Shown: piece after piece, positions 1-13,568 of the stretch | How positions within the stretch are numbered: position 1 is the first letter of the stretch | Layout: every line of letters starts with the position of its first letter | Made by a program: the position numbers and the translations under genes | Notes under the pieces: generated by a model | The model's database searches: none | The model's input: the letters and a program-made list of their open reading frames with translations, nothing else | What the model was told of the DNA's origin: nothing | Assembly: GCF_006345805.1 (NCBI RefSeq) | Contig: NC_042997.1 | Span: 149,172,001 to 149,236,000 of the forward strand | Reading direction: 5' to 3' | Origin: Octopus sinensis | Lineage: Eukaryota | Length of the DNA: 64,000 nucleotides

Positions 1-294
1 ACTTATTCTATCGGTCTCTTTTGCCGAACCGCAAAGTGACGGGGACGTAAACACATCAGCATCGGTTGTCAAGCAATGCTAGGGGGACAAACACAGCCAG
101 GCCTATATATATATATACACACACATATATTCGACAGGCTTCTTTCAGTTTCCATCTACCAAATCCACTCACAAGGCATTGGTCGGCCCGGGGCTATAGC
201 AGAAGACACTTACCCAAGATGCCACGCAGTGGGACTCAACCCGGAACCATGTGGTTGGTAAACAAGCTACTTACCACACAGCCACTCCTGCGCC
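1..294 (-). mobile_element. tRNA-derived SINE (octopus-type), 3' part cut by window start
   Basis: Near-identical to the copy at 12204-12623. The minus-strand head GGCGCAGGAGTGGCTGTGTGG...GGGTTGAGTCCC carries A-box and B-box-like motifs. The head abuts a (TA)n tract. Confidence 0.85.
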
Positions 295-302
295 TATATA
301 TA

Positions 303-369
<67 letters not shown>
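295..369. repeat. (TA)n microsatellite
   Basis: Direct reading of the sequence. Confidence 0.95.
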
Positions 370-372
<3 letters not shown>

Positions 373-2246
373 CTTCGTCTTCAATCACATATCTGACTCA
401 CCGGCTACGACCTCAGATGACCATTCAATTCCGCTGCAAATCTGCATGTCTTGTGGCATAATATTAAGTTGTAACTTATTTACAACTTAAATTGTAAATT
501 ATTCATAACGTAAGTTGTAACTTACTGTGTACTCCTTAGATGTTCATTCTACCTGCGTTTCTAATATTCTCTCTCCATTTGATTTTCACCAATGGAATGA
601 CAAATGATGTCACCATAAGGTATAACTGTTCGCCATTAGTTTCTTGTGATAAACGTTTGAAAAACACGAGTACCACTCTTTGAGTCTCTGTGACTAGCAT
701 CTTGTGACAAGTGGGCTAATGATGATTAGAAATCAAGTGAAACCTCAGGTATTTCAACATAGAGCGCCTCTCCTAGAAGAATGCTGTGACAACAGCTAGT
801 GGTCACTCCTGAAGGTTGTACTGCGTTGCCTGAGACAAACCAAGTGTAAATCTCAGTCCTAACACTTAGATGGACTGCCATCAAAATGCCATCACATACG
901 ATAGTTAATCCAGCTGACATGTGCCACTCCGGCCGGTCAGGGTAGAACTGAAACAATTGTGGTTAAGGTCTGATATCACACTCCTCAAAAGCCTGGAACT
1001 AGCGAACCAAAGGACCCCACTACCAGATGCATTTTAAAGCAATACTATTACAAATACTCGCTTATATATATACATACACACACACGCTGATCAATATGAA
1101 TGAATTATCGCCTACTCCCAAAGATCAGATTCTTCTTGACAAACATGAATGTGAATTACTGTGGTTTGCAGTTCCGGTATAATTTAACTCCTGTATTCTC
1201 ATTATTACCTGTGTTTTATACTTCACTAACTGGACTGCGAAAATCAACTACCATCCTCCACTGCCACTGTGATCTATAAACTAGTACCTAACTAAAACCC
1301 TGTAACTTTATCTGGCCTTGTAATTCTACTGTGTGCGCTGCCATTGGGCAGGCTATAACATATATTATATGTAATACATTTGGTTTGGTTTCGACAGATA
1401 TTACTGCATTATCGGTCATACAAGTGGCATTGTCCTTAATTTATTGGACACCATCTCTCAAAATAAATATATATATCATTTAAAGTGGTATTCACTGGTA
1501 TTCTCTGGTATAATGTTAGGAATTTTAGCATTTACGTTATTGAATTAATTTAGTATGACGAGCAGTGACTTTCTCGTCGATCATTACGTTAAGTTATATT
1601 TAACTGTCATGATTTTGGAGTTATAATATGTAACTACATTCTTAGGGCGATATATCTGTATGATATGTTGTGCATTAATGTAGAAGCTGTGAATATTTAT
1701 TCTTCATGTATCGGGCCTTTTTGTTTTAGCTATTATTTCTATAATATTTTTATAATATTTACAAACACTCTCCTTCATACCTATATAATTTCACAGAGAA
1801 ACTGTTGTTAGAAGCGGCTTCAAAACGTGATACGACTAATTAATAGGCATACATGTTTACTGCTGCGGTTATTTGTATACACTCATATATACATATGTGT
1901 ACATCTATGTACGCTAGTATGGTTTGCCATATTGGCCGGATAACTGCATTAAGGATGATTTCTTATATAATGATATTATTGTTAAAACATCACATTCGTG
2001 TTTAATTTTATTTTTTTTGCAAATAATATTCATTTCAAATTTTTACACCGCAATTTCGGGGGATGCGGGTAAATCTATTAAATCGAAACCAGTACTCAAA
2101 TGGTACTTACTGATTCAAACTGAGTAGTTTCCGCTTTGCATGAAGAGTTGCTATTTCCAGAGGCCTTAAGTTACTGTGGAACCCTTCACCGCGTCAATCT
2201 TTTACTGTTATTTTATATAATTTTCTTTGCTGCTTTCATTGAACAG

Positions 2247-2339
2247 TTAGAAATATCAACCTATGCCAATATAATGAGTGAAGAAACAAAGAAAAGAATG
2301 GACCGTCTCCGAAGCGACAGAAGTACGCTAGTATTCGAG
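2247..2339 (+). CDS. Putative internal exon of unidentified host gene (LEISTYANIMSEETKKRMDRLRSDRSTLVFE)
   Basis: Acceptor ttttctttgctgctttcattgaacag, donor GAG|gtaaaa, 93 nt, one open frame, phase 0-0. Confidence 0.55.
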
Positions 2340-2941
2340 GTAAAAGCGCTTAGGGATGTTGGAAAATATTGTGGATTCTAAATGGTTGTAAATTAGTATG
2401 ACATGAGTCAGAGTCTGTGATGTTCGATTGAAGTTACAAAATTATATGAGATTCGACCTACGATTTTACCATACTGTACAAGCAATGAGACCATATATGA
2501 TCACAAAGAAGAAAAAAATATGAAGAAAGTGTAATATCATGGTTTTTGCAATCTGTTTCAATAATAAAGAGGATAGCAAGGAAACTGGAAAATAGCAAAA
2601 TATCAGAGCGCAACCAGAAAGATCAAGGTACAGCTGAACACGAAGAGGGAAAACGTTAATTGGTAATTTTGGCAGAGTATCCACAGGGCTAACAGGTTAA
2701 ATAGCATGCAAACTATTGCATTTACAGTTACTGTGTCCTTTCAAAGAAAATGGCATCTAATACTTTGCAAGAAGTTTAAGAAACACTACTACTAGGGAGA
2801 CTTGATATTACAAGACCACATGATAGCATCTGAAAATTTAATTAGCGTGCAATCCCTTTTTTATATCAATACGTGGAAGTATGTTGTTATATTAGTGCAT
2901 GCGCAATTATTACGTGATATTTATTCTTTCATTTGTTTAAG

Positions 2942-3005
2942 TCGCCGAGTTGCATCCATGTTGGAACATCACCTTAAAAGGTTCTAGCTTATGAAATCGC
3001 TCCAG
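2942..3005 (+). CDS. Putative exon with one in-frame TAA (SPSCIHVGTSP*KVLAYEIAP)
   Basis: Acceptor ttattctttcatttgtttaag, donor CAG|gtaatt, 64 nt. Phase 0-1 exactly links the flanking putative exons. TAA lies at 2975-2977. Confidence 0.4.
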
Positions 3006-3547
3006 GTAATTATCTTAAACTTGATATGTATTTTACCAAATATTTTCTCCCGAACAGCTAATGTACGAAAACGTCAATAAAATAATGCCGATTTTAATAT
3101 GGTGGGAGGACAAAACCTGACATACACTCATAAATATCTACTTACACACACACATGCATACAAGATTTGTTGAGATTCCACACGGTTTTATTCAATCGAG
3201 TTCACTCACAAGACAATGGTTTATCCGGGTCAATGTCACTTGATTAAAATGCAACACATTCGACTGATAGTTGGAAGTAAAAGTCTTAACCGTACAGCCA
3301 TGGCCGACAACTGACGTGCAAGACTTTTCTTTTGAAGCTTTTTAACATATTTACTACAACAAATATATTCATTAGCAGAATTAATCATCGAAACATTTGT
3401 CTATTTTCGATGTGTGAATTTTAAATTGATTGATACGTGCCTCCAAGAATTTTACCCATACATATATAACTGAAAAGTGGTCTTTGTCCAATTAGGAATT
3501 AAGTAAATGTTTCTTTTCAAATAATCCACTTGACAGACTTTCATTTG

Positions 3548-3626
<79 letters not shown>

Positions 3627-3661
3627 TCACTAAATCTTAGTAATTTTCTCTGAAGTTTCAG

Positions 3662-3711
3662 GATTGTTCGTCACTATAGTTTCAAGCACATGCGACTATA
3701 TAGAACAACTG
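3662..3711 (+). CDS. Putative exon (G-LFVTIVSSTCDYIEQL)
   Basis: Acceptor ...gaagtttcag, donor CTG|gtaagc, 50 nt, phase 1-0. Confidence 0.5.
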
Positions 3712-5324
3712 GTAAGCAGCAGTGTTTGGATTTATACTATATAAGTTAAATACACATTTAAATCACTTTTGATTAGTACTGATTATTTTCAAGTAACAGA
3801 ATTTCACGTTATAAATTGTGAATTGATCATTCGAAATATCTAGAAATTTAAATATAGGATAAATCGAGCCATTTACGGCCATTTTGTTAATTTGAGACTG
3901 AATACAAGCCTGTATTCAATCGATGTATTTCTCAAGCAAACATATTTCAATAATTATTGTAAACATTTAATTCTTTGATGCTTAAATAGCTGTTTCGTTA
4001 AATCATTTCGAATTATTTTGACATTGGGGACAGCCAAAGAGCATTAGAAGGATACGAAACCTTGCAAACAACATTTTTTACAGTGGCAGATGTAGCAATA
4101 TCTCGATAGAACTAAGAGATGAAACAATTCTTATTTGCTTCATCAGCATTTGCATACATTTGAATATATTTGAAGATTGTTGCCTCGCAAATTTCTTGAC
4201 CGCCAGGCAATATGATCTTTAAAAGTATGTTTGAGTACTATCATAAACTGGCAATGCAAGAATATTAATTTTGTATATGGAATAAATATTTCATAGGATA
4301 TATTTCTTTAGGAATAAATTTATAACTGAATATATGAATGTAATTGCATGTATTTGAGATATTTCAAGATATTTCATCCCTTCATAAGAAAGTCATATAG
4401 GAATCTGCCTTTCAAAAATACATCTTGGCTTTATACCTTTGGCTGAGGGCGTTAGAATAATGCCATCAAATCTATTTCTACAATCTACATAATATGTATA
4501 TACGCTCTTTTTTTATTGTATCTAGCATTTAATGTATTCAATATTTTGTCTTTACACCTTGTAGTATAATGTTTTCTAACATTTATGTACTGCATTTATT
4601 AAATCTGTTCCGAATTCGTATTGTGAGATGTTGCGTTGATAACGATAACAACAGTACCGTTAACATATAACATCTCACTGTCAATATGTTCCACCACACA
4701 TAAAACTATCTGTATAAGACCGTTCTCATCCCACAAAGAGACATCGATAATGTCCGTGTGAATATCCTTTCTTAAAGAAAGTGTTTTATCAGGATATAAT
4801 TCAATAAAAATAACACCATCTTGTTATTTTTTATTGTTAATGCATTGAATAATCGTGATTGCTCGTAACCCAAGTGTGCAGGACATTTATGCATAAAAGC
4901 TATGCGATATTGTACTCTAGTAGGGATTGGTGATAAATTGAATAAGATTACGTTAACACGTTAACAAATTTTTTCATTAATGCTATGAAGATTATTCATC
5001 AAACATTATGACAAAGCGTCCAAGAAAATCTCAATCATTTAGAAGGATAGCTATACAAAACAGAATATATAAGCCTGAAGCCACGAATATCAATAGCATT
5101 AATATCCTTAAAAGTAAGATCTCGTTTGATTATTAATAAAATAAATTCTTTCGATGTATATCCTCTTATGTAATAATGTTTAATCCTACACAAAAAATGA
5201 TTATTATTGAATGATTCCACATCAGTATATGTAGTGTCTTTTTCCAATAGCTATTATTCACTTTCACCTATATTGTCGCCTTCAAGTAAAATTTCTATAT
5301 CGCTTGCACAGCATATCTGTATCA

Positions 5325-5945
<621 letters not shown>

Positions 5946-7086
5946 TGTGCCTGTCTGTGTGCGCCTGTGTATTGCTATCGAGAGTATGAAAAGGAGGATC
6001 AAGTGCAACTTCTTAAATGAACGTAGATTCCATTCACTGAACTGTAGATTTTACCGCTGATATCAAAAGTGCTTTAAAATCTTCCTCCCCTATTTTCCCT
6101 TTCATCTCAACTCTATTCAGAAGAGTATTGTTTATATTTTGTTTCTTTCTAATATAACTGCTCCTGGAGCAGAGAACAACAAGTGATGGTGTCTATATGT
6201 ACACCCATTCCAAGTAGGGTTCTGGTTGTATGACAAGTGGCACAGATTCTATTACATTTCTGTAGCTTTCGTTATTATATAAAATATTATCATAGTAATT
6301 CATATTGATAAATATGTTGAATTAGAAACGCATTCATACATAACCAGTGTGCTATTTCACCTGCATACAGTATATATAATATGAAATAACAAAGACAGTT
6401 CCAATTATAAAACATAGCATATGCTTGTACTGTACAATAAATGTGTTATACTATGTACGGTGCCTGTTTGGTAATAGGAGGAAATTCTAATTACTAGATG
6501 AGGTAACCCTTAGTGTAGTTGTTGTACGTCGTTAAGTGTGAATTAAGAATTTGTGACAAGTAAATTTTGATTTCGGTTTCCAAGTTAATCGATGTATTCT
6601 ACTCTAAGTGAAGGTACTTATTTTGAAAGTAGACGGGATTGTAATTAGCAGTGCGTTTCAATAACAGTCTAATGGCTCTAAATAGAACTACGATTTAATA
6701 ACTAAGGCAATGTGAAATTAACTGCCTTAGTGATTTAATAGCAAACTAAAAAGCCCTTTTAATTAAGTAGCAATTTAAATGTGGAACTAGGTAAAGGTTT
6801 CCACTTTACGTAAAATGTTAATTTTGTCATAAGGATAAAGTTACGAGATGCAATATATGTCATTATAGACGTATTAGTTACTGGAGTCAGTCTTCTTGTA
6901 TGAAATACATAGGCACTTATTTTAAAAGGCAAGAAAGTTACAGATACGCTCGATGGAGATTGTTGTTGAAACATAAGGGAATGTGTAGAAATACAGTAAC
7001 AAAGATAAGTATAAGGTTGAAAATTCTTAGAACAGAGCAGTGTTTGTTGATTATTTTGTATTTCATTTTATTTAATTTTATTTCAT

Positions 7087-7258
7087 CTAGTTTCAGCTCA
7101 CGAGCTGTGGTCATGCTGGGGCACCGCAATTTGGTGCATGAGAGAGTTTGATGCAGCTGCCCTCATCTGCACCTCCTGCCGCGAAGTTGGTTCATCTGGG
7201 ACTCCTGATAGGGAGAGGTCCAGCTTTTTTTGAAGACACCTACATCCACCCCATGCAG
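7087..7258 (-). mobile_element. Severely 5'-truncated copy of the LINE at 15.8-18.6 kb, with a 51-bp internal deletion
   Basis: The reverse complement aligns to about 18360-18582 and lacks the segment between the two CACCAAAT repeats. Confidence 0.85.
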
Positions 7259-7297
<39 letters not shown>

Positions 7298-7506
7298 GCA
7301 CACTCACAGAGACAAACACACACGCGTGCGTGCACGCACCCGTACTTATTCAAATAGGGGTCAATCTATGTTCACATACATGGAATCCAAATGAGGAATG
7401 CGTTAATGTTCAACAATTTGTATTCAACATTAAGGACTCTAATATTTAAATATACCTACCTTCTGATTAACTGTTTATTGTGCGTTTGCTTGTTTTTAAT
7501 TCAAAG

Positions 7507-7569
7507 ACATACCGTCGAAAGTACTTATCTCCCGTTAAACAATCCAAAATATCAGGGCAAGTAAAGCAG
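7507..7569 (+). CDS. Putative exon (TYRRKYLSPVKQSKISGQVKQ)
   Basis: Acceptor gcttgtttttaattcaaag, donor CAG|gtatgt, 63 nt, phase 0-0, compatible with the previous exon. Confidence 0.55.
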
Positions 7570-9001
7570 GTATGTTACATCTTTCGAGCAGTCAGTAAAA
7601 TGGATGCTGTTGGTTAAGAGACATCCGTTTCCTACATTTTTCGCGCCCATAATTTCCCCCATTTTCCATGCTCATAATTTCCTATCAGGGCGTAAAACTG
7701 TCAGATATTTAATTTTAATTGATTTCTTCCTATTAACATAATTTCTAAGTTTTAGCCAGCTAAGCCATCAACTAAGTGTCCAATGATATGTAAGATGGTT
7801 GAAACTTCAAAGTCACTATGTATACTACGTTTTGTTAATTAAAAATAAATTTGTTCTGTACTGCAGAATGGAATAGTATATCTTTTAATTTAGCCGTCTC
7901 AAAGTCGATAATGTTTTTGTTGCGTTTCCGTATTTCGCGTACTATTTTACATCTTTCCAATGTTCGGATAATGAAACTAACAGAGGGAATATGAATCGGA
8001 AAATAGTTAAGGCGCTCTAAGGTTTCAGATCTTTGTAATTTTTCATTAGTTCCTTAAAAGTGAGGTCGTACCTCTGTTGATAAAATGGCTATTTAGATTT
8101 AAGAATTTAAGTTTCCCTTTACTGTTTGTGCAGCAAAAACGAAACATTAATATAAGCGGGGCAATATTTATATTTTACGACTCTTCATTAAATTTCTAAT
8201 TTCGTTCTCTACTTGGTTTAAAATAATGGTAAAATGCGTGATGGTGGTTGTTTGTTAGTTTTAACCCGTGTAGGTCTGTTCAGTTGATGATATCTGCTAG
8301 GACATTGTCATCCCCACCACTGTTATTTGAGTTCTTCCAATGCTGTACGGCATCCAGTCTTTTTAACATTTACATAATTATATCTGCTCTCGTTTGCTCT
8401 ATATGTATATCATCGGTTCGATAGAATGAAGGCAATTTCTTAGAATGAATATAGGCAAAAACCGATGATGTCAACCAACATATACCTTTTCTAAATTCAT
8501 TTCATATTATTTGTCATACTATAAAACACCAAATGTAATTTGCTTATGTTAATAGCTTAATATTCAAACAAAATTTATCGGTCAGAACGCAATACTGAAA
8601 ACAATACCAAATTGCGAAAGAGTTTTAATACAGCGTAAAATGTTTACTTTGCCCATGGCATAGAAATCTATTCCACTGTTGAAATATTTCTTTTAGATTT
8701 GCCGAGGCAGACGATTAATAGTGTCTTGAAAACTTACTATTTTACTGAGTTGTGTAAATATTTTATTAGCCTATATTGTATTCTGTTTACAAAAGAAGAA
8801 ATAATGAAAAAATAATCAAAGTATACGTTAATGAGAATCGGCAACAAAATTGATTACAACGATAACAATAATTGCACTGAGGAAAAGGATAATAGTATTA
8901 ATAATAAAATTAATAGATATGTATTTCTTTATTTCAACGACTTTTAAGACCAACATAAATTACATATGATTACTTAATGAAGCTATATATCAGAACATGA
9001 C

Positions 9002-9238
9002 AAGCTAATAATCAAGAATGTTGTAAAACAATAATCTTCACCAAAATGGAAATGTCTATCTTGAATATATTCCCAAGGAGGTCCATAAAAATATAAAACA
9101 CAAACAGAGACAGAGAGGCACACGCATAAGCGTACACATATAAGGAAACACTACGCGCGACAGACAACCAAAACTATGATAAAAGTAAACACATTTTAAG
9201 ACATTACACCAAACACGATATAAAACAACTATATATAT

Positions 9239-9270
<32 letters not shown>

Positions 9271-9290
9271 CACCAAACACGATATAAAAC

Positions 9291-9351
<61 letters not shown>

Positions 9352-9756
9352 GTTGTTTTATATCGTGTTTGGTGTAATGTCTTAAAATGTGTTTACTTTT
9401 ATCATAGTTTGGTTGTCTGTCGCGCGTAGCGTTTCCTTATATGTGTACGCTTACGTGTGTGTCTCTCTGTCTCTGTTTGTGTTTTATATTTTTATGGACC
9501 TCCTTCGGAATATATTCAAGATAGACATTTCCATTTTGGTGAAGATTATTGTTTTACAACATTCTTGATTATTAGCTTCTTCCCAACCACATGGCTTCGG
9601 GTTCAGTGTCACTGCGTGGCACCTCACGCTCGTGATTTTGTAGTATAACCTCGGGCCGACCACGGCCTTGTGAGTGAATTTCGCAGATGGGCAGCGAAAG
9701 AAACCAGTCCACGGCCTTGTGAGTGAATTTCGCAGATGGGCAGCGAAAGAAACCAG

Positions 9757-9821
<65 letters not shown>

Positions 9822-9956
9822 ACTGGTTTCTTTCGCTGCCCATCTGCGAAATTCACTCACAAGGCCGTGGTCGGCCCGAGGTTATACTACAAAATCACGA
9901 GCGTGAGGTGCCACGCAGTGACACTGAACCCGAAGCCATGTGGTTGGGAAGAAGCT
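9002..9956. repeat. Two abutting palindromes, each centred on (TA)n
   Basis: Arms 9002-9230 and 9351-9578 differ at about 6 positions. Arms 9574-9709 and 9821-9956 are identical. The two palindromes share an AGCTT junction at 9574-9578. Confidence 0.9.
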
Positions 9957-9980
9957 TCTTACCACACAGGCACGCCTGTG
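9821..9980 (-). mobile_element. Diverged SINE 5' half, with an inverted duplicate at 9574-9758
   Basis: Homologous to the head and core of the SINE at 12204-12623 (GGGTTCAGTGTCACTGCGTGGCACC...GGCCTTGTGAGTG). Confidence 0.8.
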
Positions 9981-10508
9981 CATACATACGCATATACATG
10001 CATATATACAAACACACACGTATATATAGTAATATACATATATACATATACATGCATATATGCGTACACACACACATATATAGCAAGTGGTATCAATTAC
10101 CCTGCAGTATCTAATTTCCCTTTATATTGTGCCGCTAATGTTGTGGAATTGTTGACGACATTATTAATGGTAATAATACGTCTTTATTTGAAATTTATTC
10201 TTACAATAGTTAGTTCTCTTTTAAAAGGAGCTGGACGTTTAAAGTAAGGAAATCACACGAGCTAAAGTTGTGAACATTTTAGAAATACGTGTTAAAATTT
10301 TATTTTCAAATGAAGATCCCAGAGTAAGTTAGTCATAGAGAGGGTGTCGTCAACTGGTGTTGAAATACACATTACTTACTGATGTATTTAACGCAAAGGT
10401 GAGACTATTTCTCATATGGTCATTGCATTGCACCTGTGCATCGTTATTGTGAGTTTATGGTGGATTTTGAACCTTGGCTCTGATTTTAGGAAGTGGTATT
10501 ATATACAT

Positions 10509-10621
<113 letters not shown>

Positions 10622-11773
10622 ATAAAATCCAAAACTCACAAGGAAAAATATTCAATTTAGTAATACTAAATCAAATTTCACACAACATAATATATATATA
10701 AAAGAATTAGAAAACAAAACACACCTTTTATCTATTATAAATGAACAATTAAGTTACACCATCTAGAAAATTACTTATAAAAGAAATATTAAAATAACAA
10801 TAAAATGTCAATGATTAAGTAAATTGCAAAACAATAATAAAAACGTATATAATTTGTATATATATATATAAATCAAACAAAGGAAAAAACCATTTCCTTC
10901 AAAGGGATGGAAAACACCCGATTTATTCCTGGAACTTCAGCTTAATACTACGAATTAAGTGGTATAATTACAATATACAAATATTAAAGGAAATAGAGAA
11001 ATACAATTGACATACTAAACATTTATTAATATTATAATATAATATAATCATACTATAATAACATGAAATATAACAAATAATTAAAACAAGTATATGTCCA
11101 AGAATTTTTTTTTACTCATACCGACTAATGAACTTATAAAAATTCACATTTATGCATACGAATCTCCTAAGGGTAATATTTGTTCAAAAACCAGACAAAA
11201 ATTTCATGCAAGGACTACTAAATCATAAAACAGACTGATTTGAGATATACCTATGTTTACAAGCGTGAGCATTAATAATTCAAAAACATAATATAATAAC
11301 AACAAAAACAAAATTCAAATAGATAAAATAAAATGTTGACAAAACAGTTACAATGTCATAAAATATTCGTATGCATCTTTTATAACATCAAGCTAAAGAT
11401 ATTTTAATTTAAAATAATCGCTGCCTATTTTATAATATAATAAGATTTATATCATATGTTAAAAATTTATTGTTGAGTAGGAAATATATTTTATCTAAAA
11501 CTTTCTAAATAGCATGATGAAAAAAAGTGTATATTTTATTCAAACTCTAAATTCATGAAAAAACTTTTAATCAACGATTCATTCATTCAAAAGTTTCTAC
11601 TAAATACACTGATGTTAAACAAATGTATATAGCTACGATTATTACAAACTATATTATTTCTTACATAGAAATGAAAATAATCTATAAATAAATAAAGTAT
11701 CAGATTTTTACTTAGTTTTACAGCAGGAAATAAATTAGAGTAAGCCAATAGTTTTATTATTCTATAAGTTCGA

Positions 11774-11905
11774 AAGAACATAATATGATATATATTACAT
11801 ATTATAGGGTCTAAACGAAATATTCATATATGCATAATTAAGAACATAATATGATATATATTAAATATTATAGGGTCTAAACAAAATATTCATATATGCA
11901 TAATA
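11774..11905. repeat. 66-bp tandem duplication (2 copies)
   Basis: AAGAACATAATATGATATATATTA... starts at 11774 and again at 11840. Confidence 0.85.
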
Positions 11906-12203
11906 ATTCAAAAAGATATATAATCATATATAATAATCATTCTAATCTACTTATGCGTACAAAACATTATTCTTAGTAAATAACAAGTAAAAACACAAAT
12001 TTACTTAGTTTACCAGAGGAAAATACCACCGTAAATCAACGTTTAAATATGTATACCTTCATTGCTGACGGAAAAATAATCGTAAATACGTATTTATAAT
12101 AAAAATGCTTTTAATCACGTTAGAGCCTGTAATAAAATTATTTACATAGTATTACTATTAAATTCAATTTATAGATTTTTAAATCATTTTATATATAGAT
12201 ACA

Positions 12204-12623
12204 CTTTACTCTTTTTACTCTTTTACTTGTTTCGGTCATGTGACTGCGGCCATGCTGGAGCACCGCCTTTAATCGAGCAACTCGACCCCGGGACTTATTC
12301 TTTTGTAAACCCAGTACTTATTCTATCGGTCTCTTTTGCCGAACCGCTACGTAACGGGGACATAAACACACAAGCATCGGTTGTCAAGCAATGCTAGGGG
12401 GACAAACACAGACACACAAAAATACACTCACACATATACATATATATATATACATATATACGACGGGCTTCTTTCAGTTTCCGTCTGCCAAATCCACTCA
12501 CAAGGCTTTGGTCGGCCCGGGACTATAGTAGAAGACACTTGCCCAAGGTGCCACGCAGTGGGACTGAACCCAGAACCATGTGGTTGGTAAAGAAGCTACT
12601 TACCACACAGCCACTCCTGCGCC
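12204..12623 (-). mobile_element. Full-length tRNA-derived SINE
   Basis: Minus strand: head with A-box TGGCTGTGTGG and B-box GGTTCAGTCCC, core, internal (TA/TG) tract, LINE-like 3' end GGCGGTGCTCCAGCATGGCC...GAAACAAG and a (TAAAAGAG)n tail. Confidence 0.9.
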
Positions 12624-13568
12624 TTTAACATAATTAAAACTTATATCTTAAATTTAACTACGAATAGAGTGATATAGTTTACACTTAAGACAAATATATT
12701 ATGGTACTTAAAGTTAAATTCATAAATCAATCCACTGAAATATGATAGATATCCCCATTAATATACTAATCTGAACCTACAAACATTTCGGTTTTAATTA
12801 AAGAAAAAAACCTTCCAAATCATTCAGTATAATAACAAAATTCGGCCTCAAATATCATTACGTTAAATAACGTCATCGCATAACGTTTGGGAAAATATTA
12901 CAAGGAAAGATATTTTTAAAATTTTTGAATTAAAACAATTGTATAACTCATACATTCATTAAGTGTATTTGTACGTTCCTCTCCATTATGTTACACCTTG
13001 ATAATTATGATACTTTACACCCTGATAAAATACTTGACTCTTTATATAGTCTACTTGACCACCCAGAATATAACGACCATTTAAATTTTAAACCAATTTA
13101 AATGCTAAAAATTTATATAAAATAATTATATCTACATTTGTTTACGTACTTAACCGTATTATACCAATAATCACATATTTCACAACGCTATCTTAACTAA
13201 TACATACCAATACTTTTCATTGCCTTCTTTTTCAGTACTAAGTAATAATGCTCAGGCTCTGTCGTCCTTTATTTCATCCTTTTTCTTTACTTTCAATCTT
13301 TTTGTTTTCAAATCATTTCTCGTCTTGTTGATATTATTCCCTTTATTTCGTAGACAAAATATCTACAAACTTTTCTCTATTTTTTCTTTCCCTACTATTT
13401 TTCATTCTAGGTTATTAGCAATAAATATATAATCCTCCATATAGAACTTTCTCAAATATAATCATCCACTGTTTGCTTTTTAATATGCTACATCTGCCGC
13501 TCCCTTCTCTATTAAACACTTTTGTTAACTTTATTACTTATTACCTTCCATATATCAATATTTGAATG

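Noticed and set aside
12650-13500. Possible L1/Tx1 remnant on the minus strand; a similar weak signal lies at 5035-5300
   Set aside because: The Lys/Glu-rich composition is only suggestive, with no diagnostic motif.
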